A DNA stretch of 64,000 bases, from assembly GCA_028868195.1 (NCBI GenBank), contig JAGWUZ010000007.1:27145-91144 (forward strand), written 5' to 3'. A program made the position numbers and the translations under genes. This DNA is from Sphingomonadales bacterium (GTDB taxonomy: Bacteria > Pseudomonadota > Alphaproteobacteria > Sphingomonadales > Sphingomonadaceae). Below are positions 51,227-64,000 of the stretch, one piece after another. Position 1 is the stretch's first letter; the number at the start of each line of letters is the position of its first letter. The notes beneath the pieces were generated by a model. The model was not told the DNA's origin and ran no database searches. It saw only the letters and a program-made list of their open reading frames with translations.

Positions 51227-53790
51227 CAGCGTACAAGGCCCGCCAGTTTGGCGAAGGGATTGCCCGGCGGCGCTGCCTGGCGCGCGGGCGCATGGTGCGA
51301 CTGCCGCGCAGCGCGGCGCGGCGGCCGCCAGTGCCACAGCGCCGGCGCTGGTGCGCCGTGTTCCTCTTCGGCGAGGCGGCGGGGCAGGGACACGCGGAAC
51401 CCCGCCTCGCGCAGCAGCGCGACGTGCGCGGCGGGCTCCAGGCCCATCGAGCGGGCCAGCGCGGGTTCGAGCCGGAAGCGCCCGGTGTGCGCCGTCCGCG
51501 AGCCCTCGCGCGCGGCATGCGCATCGCGCAGCAGCCGTTCGGCCAGATCGACGCGCAGCGACTGCCCTCCGCAGCGCCGGTATCCGGGCACGGGTTTTCG
51601 CGCGGCGAGCGTCGCCGGCATCGCTTCGGGTGGGGGCGGGACGCGCAGGCCCCACAGCACCACCAGCTCGTGCCAGGCCCTGATCGCCGCGGGTTTGAGC
51701 GCCGCGGGAGCGAACACATCCAGTGCGCCGATCGTGACGCCAAGCCGCCGCAAGAGGTGCCGCTGGCGCTTGTCGAGCCGCTCGGTTCCCGAGCCCTCGC
51801 GCGCCAGCACGCCGCCCGCTTCGACCATGTGCAGCAGCAGCGCGCGCAGCTCGGGACCCGCATCGGGATCGCGGCTCGCCTCGTCGAGCTTGCGCAGGGC
51901 GGCGAGCGGCCTGGCAAAGCGCTTCGCGAGCCAGCCTTCCAGCGCCATCGTCACGCGCTCGACACTCATTCCGTCGAGGCGGTCGAGCGAGGGATCGAGC
52001 CGCAGGCGCGGTTCGATCAGTTCGCGGCCCCTTTCGAGCCGGGCAACCGGCGCGCCGTTCCACACCACAATCCCGCCGATGAGCGCCAGCGACACATCGC
52101 CTTCATGCGCCGCCGCGACGAGCGCCCCGGCGCGCCGGGCGAACAGGTGCGCGAGATGCCTTTCGGCCGCTGCCAGCAGCAACTTCTGGTCGGCATGGCG
52201 CGCGCGCGGATCGACCACGAAGCGAAAGCCCTCGAGCCGCCCGATCGCCTCGTCCTCGACAAGTACCTCGCAGTCGTCTCCAAGGCGCACCGGAAGCAGC
52301 GCGGCGTCGGGTCCCAGCTTCCTCATCAGCACCGCGGTGCGGCGGTTGACGAAGCGCTCGGCCAGTCGCGCGTGGAGCGCGTCGGATAGCCGCGCCTCGA
52401 CCGCTCGGGCGCGGGCGGCCATTTCCTCCTTCGCCAGCACCCAGTCGGGACGTTGCGCGATATAGGCCCACGAACGGATCGCCGCGATGCGGCCCTGCAG
52501 CGTGTCGATATCGCCCGCGGGGTTGTCGAGCTGGGCGATCGCCTGCGCGACGTAGTCCGCGCCGAGATAGCCTCCCCGCAGGTCCTGCCACAGCCGCGCG
52601 ACGAAACGCGCGTGCGTTTCCGCGCCATGCTGGCGGAAATCGGGCAGAGAGCACGTCGCCCAGAACCGCTCGACCGAGCGGGCGCCGCGCACGGTGCCCG
52701 CCACCGTCGCGTCCCCGGCGAGGCGGCGCAGCACGGCGAGGTCCATCGCTTCGGGCGCGGGCGCGAGTTCAAGGCGGGGCGGCGGGCCTTCGAGCCCTTC
52801 GAGCAGGCTGTCGAGGCTGGTGAAGTCAAGGTCGGATTCGCGCCAGAACAGCTTCGCCAGCGGCGGGAAGCGGTGCTCCTCGATGGCGAAGACTTCCTCG
52901 GGCGTGAACTCCGCGCCCGCGCCGCCCATGCCCGCCAGCGTCGAGAACGTGCCGTCGCGCTGGTGCCGTCCGGCGCGACCGGCGATCTGCGCCATCTCGG
53001 TGACGGCAAGACGCCGTTGGCGGTGCCCGTCGAACTTGCCGAGGCCGGCAAAGGCGATGTGGCCGAGGTCGAGGTTGAGCCCCATGCCGATGGCGTCGGT
53101 GGCGACGAGGTAGTCGACCTCGCCCGCCTGGTACATCGCCACCTGCTTGTTTCGCGTCTCGGGACTGAGCGCGCCCATGACCACCGCCGCACCGCCACGG
53201 AAGCGGCGCAGCGTCTCGGCGATCGAATAGACCTGTTCGGCCGAGAAGGCGACGATCGCGCTTCGCGGCGGCACGCGGCTCAGCTTCTTCGGCTCGACAT
53301 GGCTGAGCGTGGAAAAGCGCGGGCGCGAGACAACCTCCACGCCGGGGACCAGCGCCTTGGCCATCGGCTCGAGGATCGATGAGCCGAGCAGCATCGTCTC
53401 CTCGCGCCCGCGGGCGTGGAGCAACCGGTCGGTGAACACGTGGCCGCGCTCGGGATCGGCGGCGAGCTGGGCTTCGTCGAGCGCGACAAAGGCGAGATCC
53501 GGACGTCTCGGCATGGCCTCCGCCGTGCACAGCAGCCAGCGCGCTCCGGGCGGCTCGATCCGCTCCTCGCCGGTGATCAGCGCGACGTTCTTCTCGCCCT
53601 TGATCGCGCGGACCCGGTCATAGACCTCGCGCGCCAAGAGGCGCAGCGGGAAGCCGATCGCGCCCGAGGAATGCGCGACCATGCGTTCGATGGCGAGGTG
53701 GGTCTTGCCGGTGTTCGTCGGGCCGAGCACCGCCTTCACCGTACCGGTGCGGTCGCTCGCCCTGGGAAATGCCGAAGAGAGCGTGGCCAT
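51226..53790 (-). CDS. SF2 helicase (MgpS/SUV3-like)
   Basis: VLGPTNTGKT, FPLRLLAREVY, DEAQL, VATDAIGMGLN, QIAGRAGR. Confidence 0.93.
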   Translation of the reverse strand: MATLSSAFPRASDRTGTVKAVLGPTNTGKTHLAIERMVAHSSGAIGFPLRLLAREVYDRVRAIKGEKNVALITGEERIEPPGARWLLCTAEAMPRRPDLAFVALDEAQLAADPERGHVFTDRLLHARGREETMLLGSSILEPMAKALVPGVEVVSRPRFSTLSHVEPKKLSRVPPRSAIVAFSAEQVYSIAETLRRFRGGAAVVMGALSPETRNKQVAMYQAGEVDYLVATDAIGMGLNLDLGHIAFAGLGKFDGHRQRRLAVTEMAQIAGRAGRHQRDGTFSTLAGMGGAGAEFTPEEVFAIEEHRFPPLAKLFWRESDLDFTSLDSLLEGLEGPPPRLELAPAPEAMDLAVLRRLAGDATVAGTVRGARSVERFWATCSLPDFRQHGAETHARFVARLWQDLRGGYLGADYVAQAIAQLDNPAGDIDTLQGRIAAIRSWAYIAQRPDWVLAKEEMAARARAVEARLSDALHARLAERFVNRRTAVLMRKLGPDAALLPVRLGDDCEVLVEDEAIGRLEGFRFVVDPRARHADQKLLLAAAERHLAHLFARRAGALVAAAHEGDVSLALIGGIVVWNGAPVARLERGRELIEPRLRLDPSLDRLDGMSVERVTMALEGWLAKRFARPLAALRKLDEASRDPDAGPELRALLLHMVEAGGVLAREGSGTERLDKRQRHLLRRLGVTIGALDVFAPAALKPAAIRAWHELVVLWGLRVPPPPEAMPATLAARKPVPGYRRCGGQSLRVDLAERLLRDAHAAREGSRTAHTGRFRLEPALARSMGLEPAAHVALLREAGFRVSLPRRLAEEEHGAPAPALWHWRPPRRAARQSHHAPARQAAPPGNPFAKLAGLVR

Positions 53791-53976
53791 CCAGCGAATG
53801 TGGCATCGCCCTCGCGGCTTCGCAAGGCAACGGCGGTCCGGTTTCCACCATGCGCGCAGGGTATTCGCCGGGCATCCGCCGGGCTGGCTTTCACGCAAAA
53901 TTAACCTTACCCGTGCAGGCCGGAAGAGCACAGGCGCCGCGCGCGCCGCAAGCGGAAAGGACGGGGGTCGAGGGGC

Positions 53977-55533
53977 GTGCACACCGCTCGCGAACAACTG
54001 GCCGGCTCTCCTGCCGGGAACGGGGCGACCGCTCCGCATGCGCCATTGCGCCGTTCGCAGGCTTCGCTTTCGCTTGTCGCTCCTGCCGATGCCTTGCCCT
54101 CGCCCGGCCTTCTCACCCGCTGGCGCCTCGCCTTCGAGACCCGCTTCGTCGATTTCGACTGGGCGCCAGACCTTGCCGAGGCCATCGGCAGCGCGCGCTG
54201 GTTCCGCGGCCTTGCCATGCTCGTCGCGCTGACCATCGCCGCGCTCGCCTTCTGGCCCAGCTTTTCGCCGGTCGAGGCCGCGCCGATGGTGCGGATGGAC
54301 CTTTCCGCTTCCGAGGAAATGCGCTCGCTCGCCATCCGCCCGCTGGCGCAGGGCGCGACCAGCGGCCGCCACTGGGACGCCACCTCGCTGGTCGTGCCGC
54401 TGTCGAGCGCGCCCGAGCGGCCGAGCGTCCATCTCGTCGCCACGCTGGGCGAGGGCGACAGCTTCGAGCGGATGATGCAGCGCGCCGGGGTGAGCGGGCT
54501 CGACGCCGCGCGCGTCGCCTCGCTGGTCGGCGGCGTGATCCCGGCCACGGCGATCCAGCCCGGAACGCGCTTCGACATCACGCTGGGCCGCCGCGACGAT
54601 CCGGCAGTCCCGCGCCCGCTGCAGGCCATCGCCTTTCGCGCGCGCTTCGACCTCGACCTCTCGATAACCCGCACCGGCGGCGGGCTCGAGCTCGCGCGTT
54701 CGGCGCTGGCGGTCGACGACACGCCGCTGCGTATCCGCGGCATCGTCGGCTCGAGCCTCTACCGCTCGGCGCGTGCTGCCGGCGCGCCGGCCAGCGCGAT
54801 CCAGGAATACCTCCAGACGCTTGACCAGCATGGCATGCTCGACACCATGGCGCCGTCGGACGAGTACGACATGGTGCTTGGCTACAAGCGCGCCGCCGGC
54901 GGCGCGGTGCAGGTGGGGAGCCTCCTCTACGCCGGACTCGAACGCGACGGGAAGCCGCGCACAGAGCTTGTCCGCATGGGCGGCGCCTTCACCGATGCGC
55001 TCGATGACGGTTCGCCGGCCGGCAGCCCGGCCGAGACGCTTTCGCTCGGCATGCCGGTGGCCAACGGACACGAGACCTCGGGCTTCGGCCTGCGCCGTCA
55101 TCCGATCCTGGGCTATGTGCGTATGCACGACGGCATCGACTATGGCGCGCCGTTCGGCTCGGCGATCTACGCGGTCGCCGATGGCGTCGTCATGTCGGCG
55201 GGCTGGCGCGGCGGCTATGGCAACTTCGTCATGATCAATCACGGCGGCGGGATCACCAGCGGCTATGGTCACATGAGCCGCCTCGCGGTTTCGCCGGGGC
55301 AGGGCGTACAGCGCGGCCAGGTGATCGGCTATGTCGGCTCGACCGGCCTGTCGACCGGGCCGCACGTCCACTTCGAGGTTCGCCGTAGCGGCCGTCCGGT
55401 TGATCCCTCCTCGGTTTCGTTCGTGGTGCGCCAGCAGGCCGCGGCCCCGGCCGCCTCGCTGCCCGCTGTCCGCGAGCGGCTCAAGGTGCTGATGTCGGTC
55501 GAGCCGGGCGCGGCGCTGAGTCCGTTGAAATAG
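53977..55533 (+). CDS. M23-family metalloendopeptidase
   Basis: N-terminal TM; HDGID (HxxxD), GGYGNFVMINH, GSTGLSTGPHVHFE (HxH); start uncertain. Confidence 0.92.
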   Translation: MHTAREQLAGSPAGNGATAPHAPLRRSQASLSLVAPADALPSPGLLTRWRLAFETRFVDFDWAPDLAEAIGSARWFRGLAMLVALTIAALAFWPSFSPVEAAPMVRMDLSASEEMRSLAIRPLAQGATSGRHWDATSLVVPLSSAPERPSVHLVATLGEGDSFERMMQRAGVSGLDAARVASLVGGVIPATAIQPGTRFDITLGRRDDPAVPRPLQAIAFRARFDLDLSITRTGGGLELARSALAVDDTPLRIRGIVGSSLYRSARAAGAPASAIQEYLQTLDQHGMLDTMAPSDEYDMVLGYKRAAGGAVQVGSLLYAGLERDGKPRTELVRMGGAFTDALDDGSPAGSPAETLSLGMPVANGHETSGFGLRRHPILGYVRMHDGIDYGAPFGSAIYAVADGVVMSAGWRGGYGNFVMINHGGGITSGYGHMSRLAVSPGQGVQRGQVIGYVGSTGLSTGPHVHFEVRRSGRPVDPSSVSFVVRQQAAAPAASLPAVRERLKVLMSVEPGAALSPLK

Positions 55534-55596
55534 GTTGACGGCCGGTCGCGAGCTTTGGCGCTCGCGCCCATTGCGACGGCTCCGCCCAGCGCCTAG

Positions 55597-57147
<1,551 letters not shown>

Positions 57148-57151
<4 letters not shown>

Positions 57152-57723
57152 CCCGCCCCGACGTCACCATCGCCGCGATCCACGGCAAGGCCCCGCGCAT
57201 CCACGACAGCGCCTTCATCGCGCCCGGCTGCCGGATCATCGGCGATGTCGAGATCGGGCCCGACGCTTCGATCTGGTACAACTGCGTGGTCCGCGGCGAC
57301 GTCAACCGCATTGTGATCGGCGCGCGCAGCAACATCCAGGACGGCACCGTCATCCACTGCGACAGTCCCGAACCGGGCGCGCCCGAGGGCTTTCCAACGA
57401 TCATCGGCGAATCGGTGCTCGTCGGCCACATGGCGATGATCCACGGCACTACGCTCGAGGACCGGGCCTTCGTCGGTCTCGGCGCGATCGTCATGAACGG
57501 CACGGTGATCGAAAGCGACGGCATGCTCGCGGCGGGCGCGATGCTCACCCCCGGCAAGCGCATCGGCGCGCGCCAGCTGTGGGGCGGGCGGCCCGCCGCC
57601 TTCATGCGCGACCTGACCGACAATGCGGTCGAGTTCATGCAGCTGGGCGTCACCCACTATGTCCACAACGCCAGGGCGCATTCCGCCGCGCTGGAAGAGG
57701 CACTTGGCAAGGCCGAGGCCTGA
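57148..57723 (+). CDS. Gamma carbonic anhydrase-family protein
   Basis: SAFIAPG..IIGDV, IWYNCVVRGDVN.I.IG..SNIQDGTVIH, VGHMAMIHG hexapeptide repeats. Confidence 0.92.
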
Positions 57724-57985
57724 GCTTCCGCCGGCCGAAGCGGTGCGGGCGCTCGCCGACGGCGAGGGCCGCCTTGCCGTGCGCGTGACGCCGGGCGCGA
57801 AGCAGGAAGCCGTCTCGCTCGACGAGGGGCGCCTTGCGGTCAAGGTTCGCGCCAGGCCCGAGGACGGCAAGGCCAACGCCGCGGTGATCGCGCTCGTCGC
57901 CGCCGCGCTGGGCGAGGCGCCGAGCCGGGTCGAATTGTTGCGCGGCGCGACTTCGCGCGAAAAGCAGCTCAGGATCCCGGTCTAG
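57704..57985 (+). CDS. DUF167 / YggU-family protein
   Basis: LAVRVTPGAK, VKVRARPEDGKANAAVI, ELLRGATSREK; TTG start after GAAGAGG. Confidence 0.85.
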   Translation: MARPRPELPPAEAVRALADGEGRLAVRVTPGAKQEAVSLDEGRLAVKVRARPEDGKANAAVIALVAAALGEAPSRVELLRGATSREKQLRIPV

Positions 57986-58001
57986 GCCCGGACCAGAAGC
58001 C

Positions 58002-58517
58002 TCAGGCGGCGGTGGGCGCCGTCATGTGTCTGGCGATGTAGCCGACGTAGTCGGCCTTGCCGAGCGGAACGCCTTCCATGCGCAGGATCGCGTATGCGGT
58101 CGTGACGTGGAAATAGAACTGCGGCAGCGACCAGTCGCGCACGTATTCCTCGGCGGTCATCCTGAACGCCATGCCGTTGGGCAGGTCGAACTCGACCGGC
58201 GTGTCGTCGGCGACGAAGGCTTCGGGCGACGTCGCGCTCAGCGCAGCCACGATCCCGGCGATATGCGCATGCGCCTCGGCCAGCGTGGCGTGGTCGGTGT
58301 CGGCGCCCTTGAGGTCTGCCCCGGCGAGACGGTTGAGCGTGTTGACCACCTGCTGCGTGGCGAAGCGCACTTGTGACGCCAGCGGGAACATGTCGCCGCA
58401 CAGCCGCGAGGTCAGCAGCGCGCCGCCGCGCGGATCGCCCGCCGCCTTGCCGAGCAGGTGGTCGAACGTGCCCAGCATCTGGCTGAACGAAGCGAGCGTG
58501 AAGGTGCCGAGCCGCAT
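58002..58517 (-). CDS. DUF1993-family protein (DinB-like fold)
   Basis: RLCGDMFPLASQVRF, WSLPQFYFHVTTAYAILRMEGVPLGKADY; RBS GGAG. Confidence 0.88.
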   Translation of the reverse strand: MRLGTFTLASFSQMLGTFDHLLGKAAGDPRGGALLTSRLCGDMFPLASQVRFATQQVVNTLNRLAGADLKGADTDHATLAEAHAHIAGIVAALSATSPEAFVADDTPVEFDLPNGMAFRMTAEEYVRDWSLPQFYFHVTTAYAILRMEGVPLGKADYVGYIARHMTAPTAA

Positions 58518-58553
58518 CGTCGAATCTCCCATTTTCAATTTGAAACGTGACTT

Positions 58554-58596
58554 TGACATTCGAGCGCGACCGAGCCGCAGACGGTATCGAATGTCA
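58554..58596. repeat. Inverted repeat TGACATTCGA-N23-TCGAATGTCA between the globin and DUF1993 genes
   Basis: Perfect 10-bp arms; inner ACCG/CGGT can extend the stem. Confidence 0.75.
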
Positions 58597-58607
58597 GAAT
58601 CGGAACA

Positions 58608-59033
58608 CTAGTCGCGTCCCATGCCCGACGCCATGCGAAACAATACGTCGCTCATGGCCTCGGCGACCTGCGCGTCGGCGGTTTCGGTCTCGCGGATCGC
58701 GCGCTGCATGCAGGCGGCCCACTGCGCGCCCAGTTCGCGACTGATCCTGAAGGGCGCGTGGAGGCTCATCATGCATTTGCCCGGATTGCCCTCGAACCAG
58801 TCGCGCGGACCGCCCGCCCAGCCGGCAAGGAACGACGCCAGCGCGCCGCGCATGTGGGTAAGGTCCTCGGCATGGATCGAGCGCAGCGCAGCGTAGCCGG
58901 GCTCGCTCTCCATCAGGTCGTAGAACCGGTTCGATATCGCGCGCAGAACCTCGTGCCCGCCGATGCGCTCGAACGGACTGGCCGGGACGACCGCTGTGTC
59001 GATGGTTTCGGGCTGGCGGGATGAGACGTCCAA
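58608..59033 (-). CDS. Group II truncated haemoglobin (trHbO-like)
   Basis: PFERIGG, RFYDLM, L..IH, WAGGP, SLH (proximal His), QW..CM; TTG start at 59033 with GGAG RBS (ORF track start 59048). Confidence 0.88.
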   Translation of the reverse strand: MDVSSRQPETIDTAVVPASPFERIGGHEVLRAISNRFYDLMESEPGYAALRSIHAEDLTHMRGALASFLAGWAGGPRDWFEGNPGKCMMSLHAPFRISRELGAQWAACMQRAIRETETADAQVAEAMSDVLFRMASGMGRD

Positions 59034-59096
59034 GGCGGGCTCCGGCAATACGGGAATCTGGAGTATTGCCGATAGCGCGCCGTCTGTCGCGGGGAA

Positions 59097-59110
59097 TTGA
59101 CGCAGGTCAA
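59097..59110. promoter_or_regulatory. FNR/FixK-type box TTGAC-GCAG-GTCAA
   Basis: Perfect 5-4-5 palindrome; centre 59103.5 lies at -41.5 if TATCGG (59074-59069, minus strand) is the -10 element. Confidence 0.7.
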
Positions 59111-59241
59111 ACGGTGGCGTGTCTCCCGCAAGCTGCTCCGCGCAAGCCGCAAATTGCGCGCAAAGGCGTTGCGCACATGCGCAAAGCCGCTAGGGTGCCC
59201 GCCGAGCGAGACTTCTGCCCAGGACTGCAGTGAGGAGAACC

Positions 59242-59853
59242 ATGCGCAAGGCGATCGAGACTGGCCCGATCGGACGTGGCCGGCTCCCGGTGGGCAGACT
59301 GCCCCTGGCGATCGCGGGCGCGTTTCTCATGCTTGCCGGCTGCCACAATGTCGAGACCGGGCCCGACGACGCCGACACCGCCGCGGCGGCGCCCGTGGTC
59401 GCGACGCCGCTGCCCGCGATCGTCTCGGACCCCGCGGCGGCCAAGCCGCTCACCAGCTTCGACGGCAAGGACGCCAATGGCGACGGCAAGATCACCCAGG
59501 CCGAGTACGCCAAGGCCGCGCAGTCGATCTTCCAGATGATGGACGCCGACCAGAGCGGGACCGTCACCGTGCAGGAAATGGACGCCGCGCGCGCCGCGCT
59601 GGGCATGTCGAACGCCGAAGAATCGTCGGAGAAGATCATCCAGCAAGCCGACAGTGATGGTGACGGAAAGCTGACCCTCGCCGAGTGGATGGCCAACGCC
59701 AACGCGCAGTTCGACGTGCTGGACACCAACAAGGACGGCGTGATCGATCGGCAGGAATGGGACGCCGCGCACCCCGCGCCGTCTGCGCCCGATGCCTCTG
59801 CCTCGCCGGAAGAAGCGGCTTCGGCCAGCGCCAGGCCCGCCACGCACAGGTAA
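59242..59853 (+). CDS. EF-hand lipoprotein
   Basis: Lipobox LAGC; four loops DANGDGKITQAE, DADQSGTVTVQE, DSDGDGKLTLAE, DTNKDGVIDRQE. Confidence 0.9.
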   Translation: MRKAIETGPIGRGRLPVGRLPLAIAGAFLMLAGCHNVETGPDDADTAAAAPVVATPLPAIVSDPAAAKPLTSFDGKDANGDGKITQAEYAKAAQSIFQMMDADQSGTVTVQEMDAARAALGMSNAEESSEKIIQQADSDGDGKLTLAEWMANANAQFDVLDTNKDGVIDRQEWDAAHPAPSAPDASASPEEAASASARPATHR

Positions 59854-59871
59854 TTTCCCCGATGGAAACGA

Positions 59872-59908
59872 AAGCGCCCGCCGGATCGGAGTGATCCGGC
59901 GGGCGCTT
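59872..59908. terminator. Bidirectional intrinsic terminator
   Basis: 16-bp stem AAGCGCCCGCCGGATC/GATCCGGCGGGCGCTT, 5-nt loop, between convergent genes. Confidence 0.85.
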
Positions 59909-59931
59909 CGCATGGCCTCGGGGTGCCGAGC

Positions 59932-62313
<2,382 letters not shown>

Positions 62314-62466
62314 AGGTCGTCTTTCCGGCAGGTGCCAATATTCCCCTGTCAGCGAGGACACCACGACCGTGGTTAACAGGGGCTAAACGCATCGCGGGTG
62401 CGGCCACGATGCTTTCACGACATATATGGGAACGCCGCGGCCTCGCGTGAAGGGCGGCGCGGCGCA

Positions 62467-62682
62467 TCAGTCGGTTCCGCCCGGTGGGGGCGAGCGGAAC
62501 AGCGCGTCGGCGGCCAGCCGGTGCGCGGCGGCCCTGTCGCGATGCGCCTTGACGCGCGCTATCTCGGCTTCGAGCAGGGCGATGCGATCCCCCAACTCGT
62601 CCTGCGAATAGGTGTCGAGCGCTTCGCCCGCCAGGAGGCTGGCGGCATCGGCGCGCATCCGGGGGCGATCATCATCGTCCAT
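62467..62682 (-). CDS. DUF1192-family small coiled-coil protein
   Basis: EALDTYSQDELGDRIALLEAEIARV...AADALF. Confidence 0.85.
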   Translation of the reverse strand: MDDDDRPRMRADAASLLAGEALDTYSQDELGDRIALLEAEIARVKAHRDRAAAHRLAADALFRSPPPGGTD

Positions 62683-62792
62683 TCCGGATGACAATGTTCA
62701 GCGCGATGGCCTTGCTGTCAACAGGGCGTGTGGCTAGGGCGTTTCGAGTGTGTCCTTGCGGGCACAAATCGGGGCAAGACAGGGGCTTCTCC

Positions 62793-63791
62793 ATGGCGAT
62801 TCTTCCCGGCACGATGACGGCAATCGGCGTTGGCACCCCCGGCGGGCCCGAAGCGCTCCGCGCCGAGACGCTGCCGGTGCCGCAACCCGGGCCGGGCGAG
62901 GTGCTGGTCAAGGTCGCCTTCGCCGGGGTCAACCGGCCCGACGTGGCGCAGCGCCGCGGCATGTATCCCCCGCCGCCGGGCGCCTCGCCGATTCCCGGGC
63001 TCGAGATCGCGGGGCAGGTTGCGGCGCTCGGGCCCGGCGTGACCGAATGGCTTCCCGGACAGCAGGTCTGCGCGCTGGTGACCGGCGGCGGCTATGCCGA
63101 ATACTGCCTCGCCAAGGCAGCGCATTGCCTGCCCGTGCCCGAGGGGATGGGGCTCGACGAGGCGGCGGCGCTGCCCGAAACGCTCTTCACCGTGTGGCAC
63201 AACGTGTTCCAGCGCGGCTATGCGCGCGAGGGCGAGACGATCCTCGTCCACGGTGGCACCAGTGGCATCGGCTCGATGGCGATCCGGCTGGGCAAGCTGT
63301 TCGGCCTCACCGTGATCGTCACCTGCGGCGGCGCGGACAAGTGCGCAAAGGCGCTCGAGATCGGCGCCGCGCACGCTATCGACTACAAGGCGCGGGACTT
63401 CGTCGCCGAGGTGGGTGCGATCAGCGGCGGCAAGGGCGTCGACCTCGTGCTCGACATGGTCGGCGGCGACTATGTGCCGCGCAACCTCGCCTGCCTTGCC
63501 GAGGACGGCCGCCACGTGACCATCGCGGTGCAGGGCGGGCCCAAGGCCGAGATCAGCCTGGTGCAGGTCATGCTGCGCCGCCTGACACTGACCGGATCGA
63601 CGCTGCGCGCGCGCTCGGACGAGTTCAAGGCGCTGCTCGCGCAGGAAATCCACGAGACCGTGTGGCCGCAGGTCGAGGCCGGCCAGCTGCGCCCGGTGAT
63701 GGACCGCGCCTTCGCGCTCGCCGAGGCGGGCGCGGCGCACGAGCGGATGGAATCGGGCGGCCACACCGGCAAGATCGTGCTACGGGTATAA
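62793..63791 (+). CDS. NAD(P)H-quinone oxidoreductase, PIG3 family
   Basis: AGVNRPD..QR.G.YPPP, GLEIAG, LPETLFTVW.N, LVHGGTSGIG, DMVGGDY, HTGKIVL. Confidence 0.94.
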   Translation: MAILPGTMTAIGVGTPGGPEALRAETLPVPQPGPGEVLVKVAFAGVNRPDVAQRRGMYPPPPGASPIPGLEIAGQVAALGPGVTEWLPGQQVCALVTGGGYAEYCLAKAAHCLPVPEGMGLDEAAALPETLFTVWHNVFQRGYAREGETILVHGGTSGIGSMAIRLGKLFGLTVIVTCGGADKCAKALEIGAAHAIDYKARDFVAEVGAISGGKGVDLVLDMVGGDYVPRNLACLAEDGRHVTIAVQGGPKAEISLVQVMLRRLTLTGSTLRARSDEFKALLAQEIHETVWPQVEAGQLRPVMDRAFALAEAGAAHERMESGGHTGKIVLRV

Positions 63792-63799
63792 ATTACGTC

Positions 63800-64000
63800 A
63801 TGGCGCGATCGGGGGAGCGCGAATTGGACAAGCTCACGCTTCACGAGGATCCGCGCAGCGGCAACTGCTACAAGATCCGGCTGGCCGCTGCACTGCTCGG
63901 TCTCCCGCTCGAGCGGGTCGAATACGATATCCTCAAGGGCGAGACGCGCACGCCCGGCTTCCTTGCCGGCGTCAACGCCAACGGGCGCATCCCGGTGCTC
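63800..64000 (+). CDS. Glutathione S-transferase, N-terminal part (3'-truncated)
   Basis: Not in the ORF track; translates to MARSGERELDKLTLHEDPRSGNCYKIRLAAALLGLPLERVEYDILKGETRTPGFLAGVNANGRIPVL. Confidence 0.88.
   Translation, partial: MARSGERELDKLTLHEDPRSGNCYKIRLAAALLGLPLERVEYDILKGETRTPGFLAGVNANGRIPVL

Overview
High-GC alphaproteobacterial chromosome segment; gene content and order point to a sphingomonad (Novosphingobium-like, my inference). The window appears to span the replication origin. ppsR-maf-aroE-coaE-dnaQ-hpf-ptsN run leftward and hemE-hemJ-rho ... mnmE-mnmG-rsmG-parA-parB run rightward from a 363-bp intergenic region (26921-27283) that holds degenerate DnaA boxes, five GANTC sites and an AT-rich tract. 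Three parS sites follow at 36.2-38.7 kb, two of them inside rsmG. About 65 CDS are supported, mostly core genes (purH, rpe, lipB, hemB, carD, fdxA, clpA, sua5). I saw no rRNA, tRNA, CRISPR array, transposase or integrase. I cannot claim a clearly new multi-gene system. The best candidates for follow-up are: (i) a truncated haemoglobin + DUF1993 unit with a perfect FNR-type palindrome at -41.5 of a plausible promoter and three further inverted repeats; (ii) a lower-GC orphan membrane ORF with its own promoter between fdxA and carD; (iii) a LysR / TonB-dependent receptor / secreted RNase Z-fold hydrolase scavenging locus; (iv) a shared TTGCCG-N8-CRGCAA palindrome upstream of two exported proteins; (v) a long structured leader on a cell-wall hydrolase gene. 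Start codons were refined by eye and all family calls come from motif recognition, not database searches.
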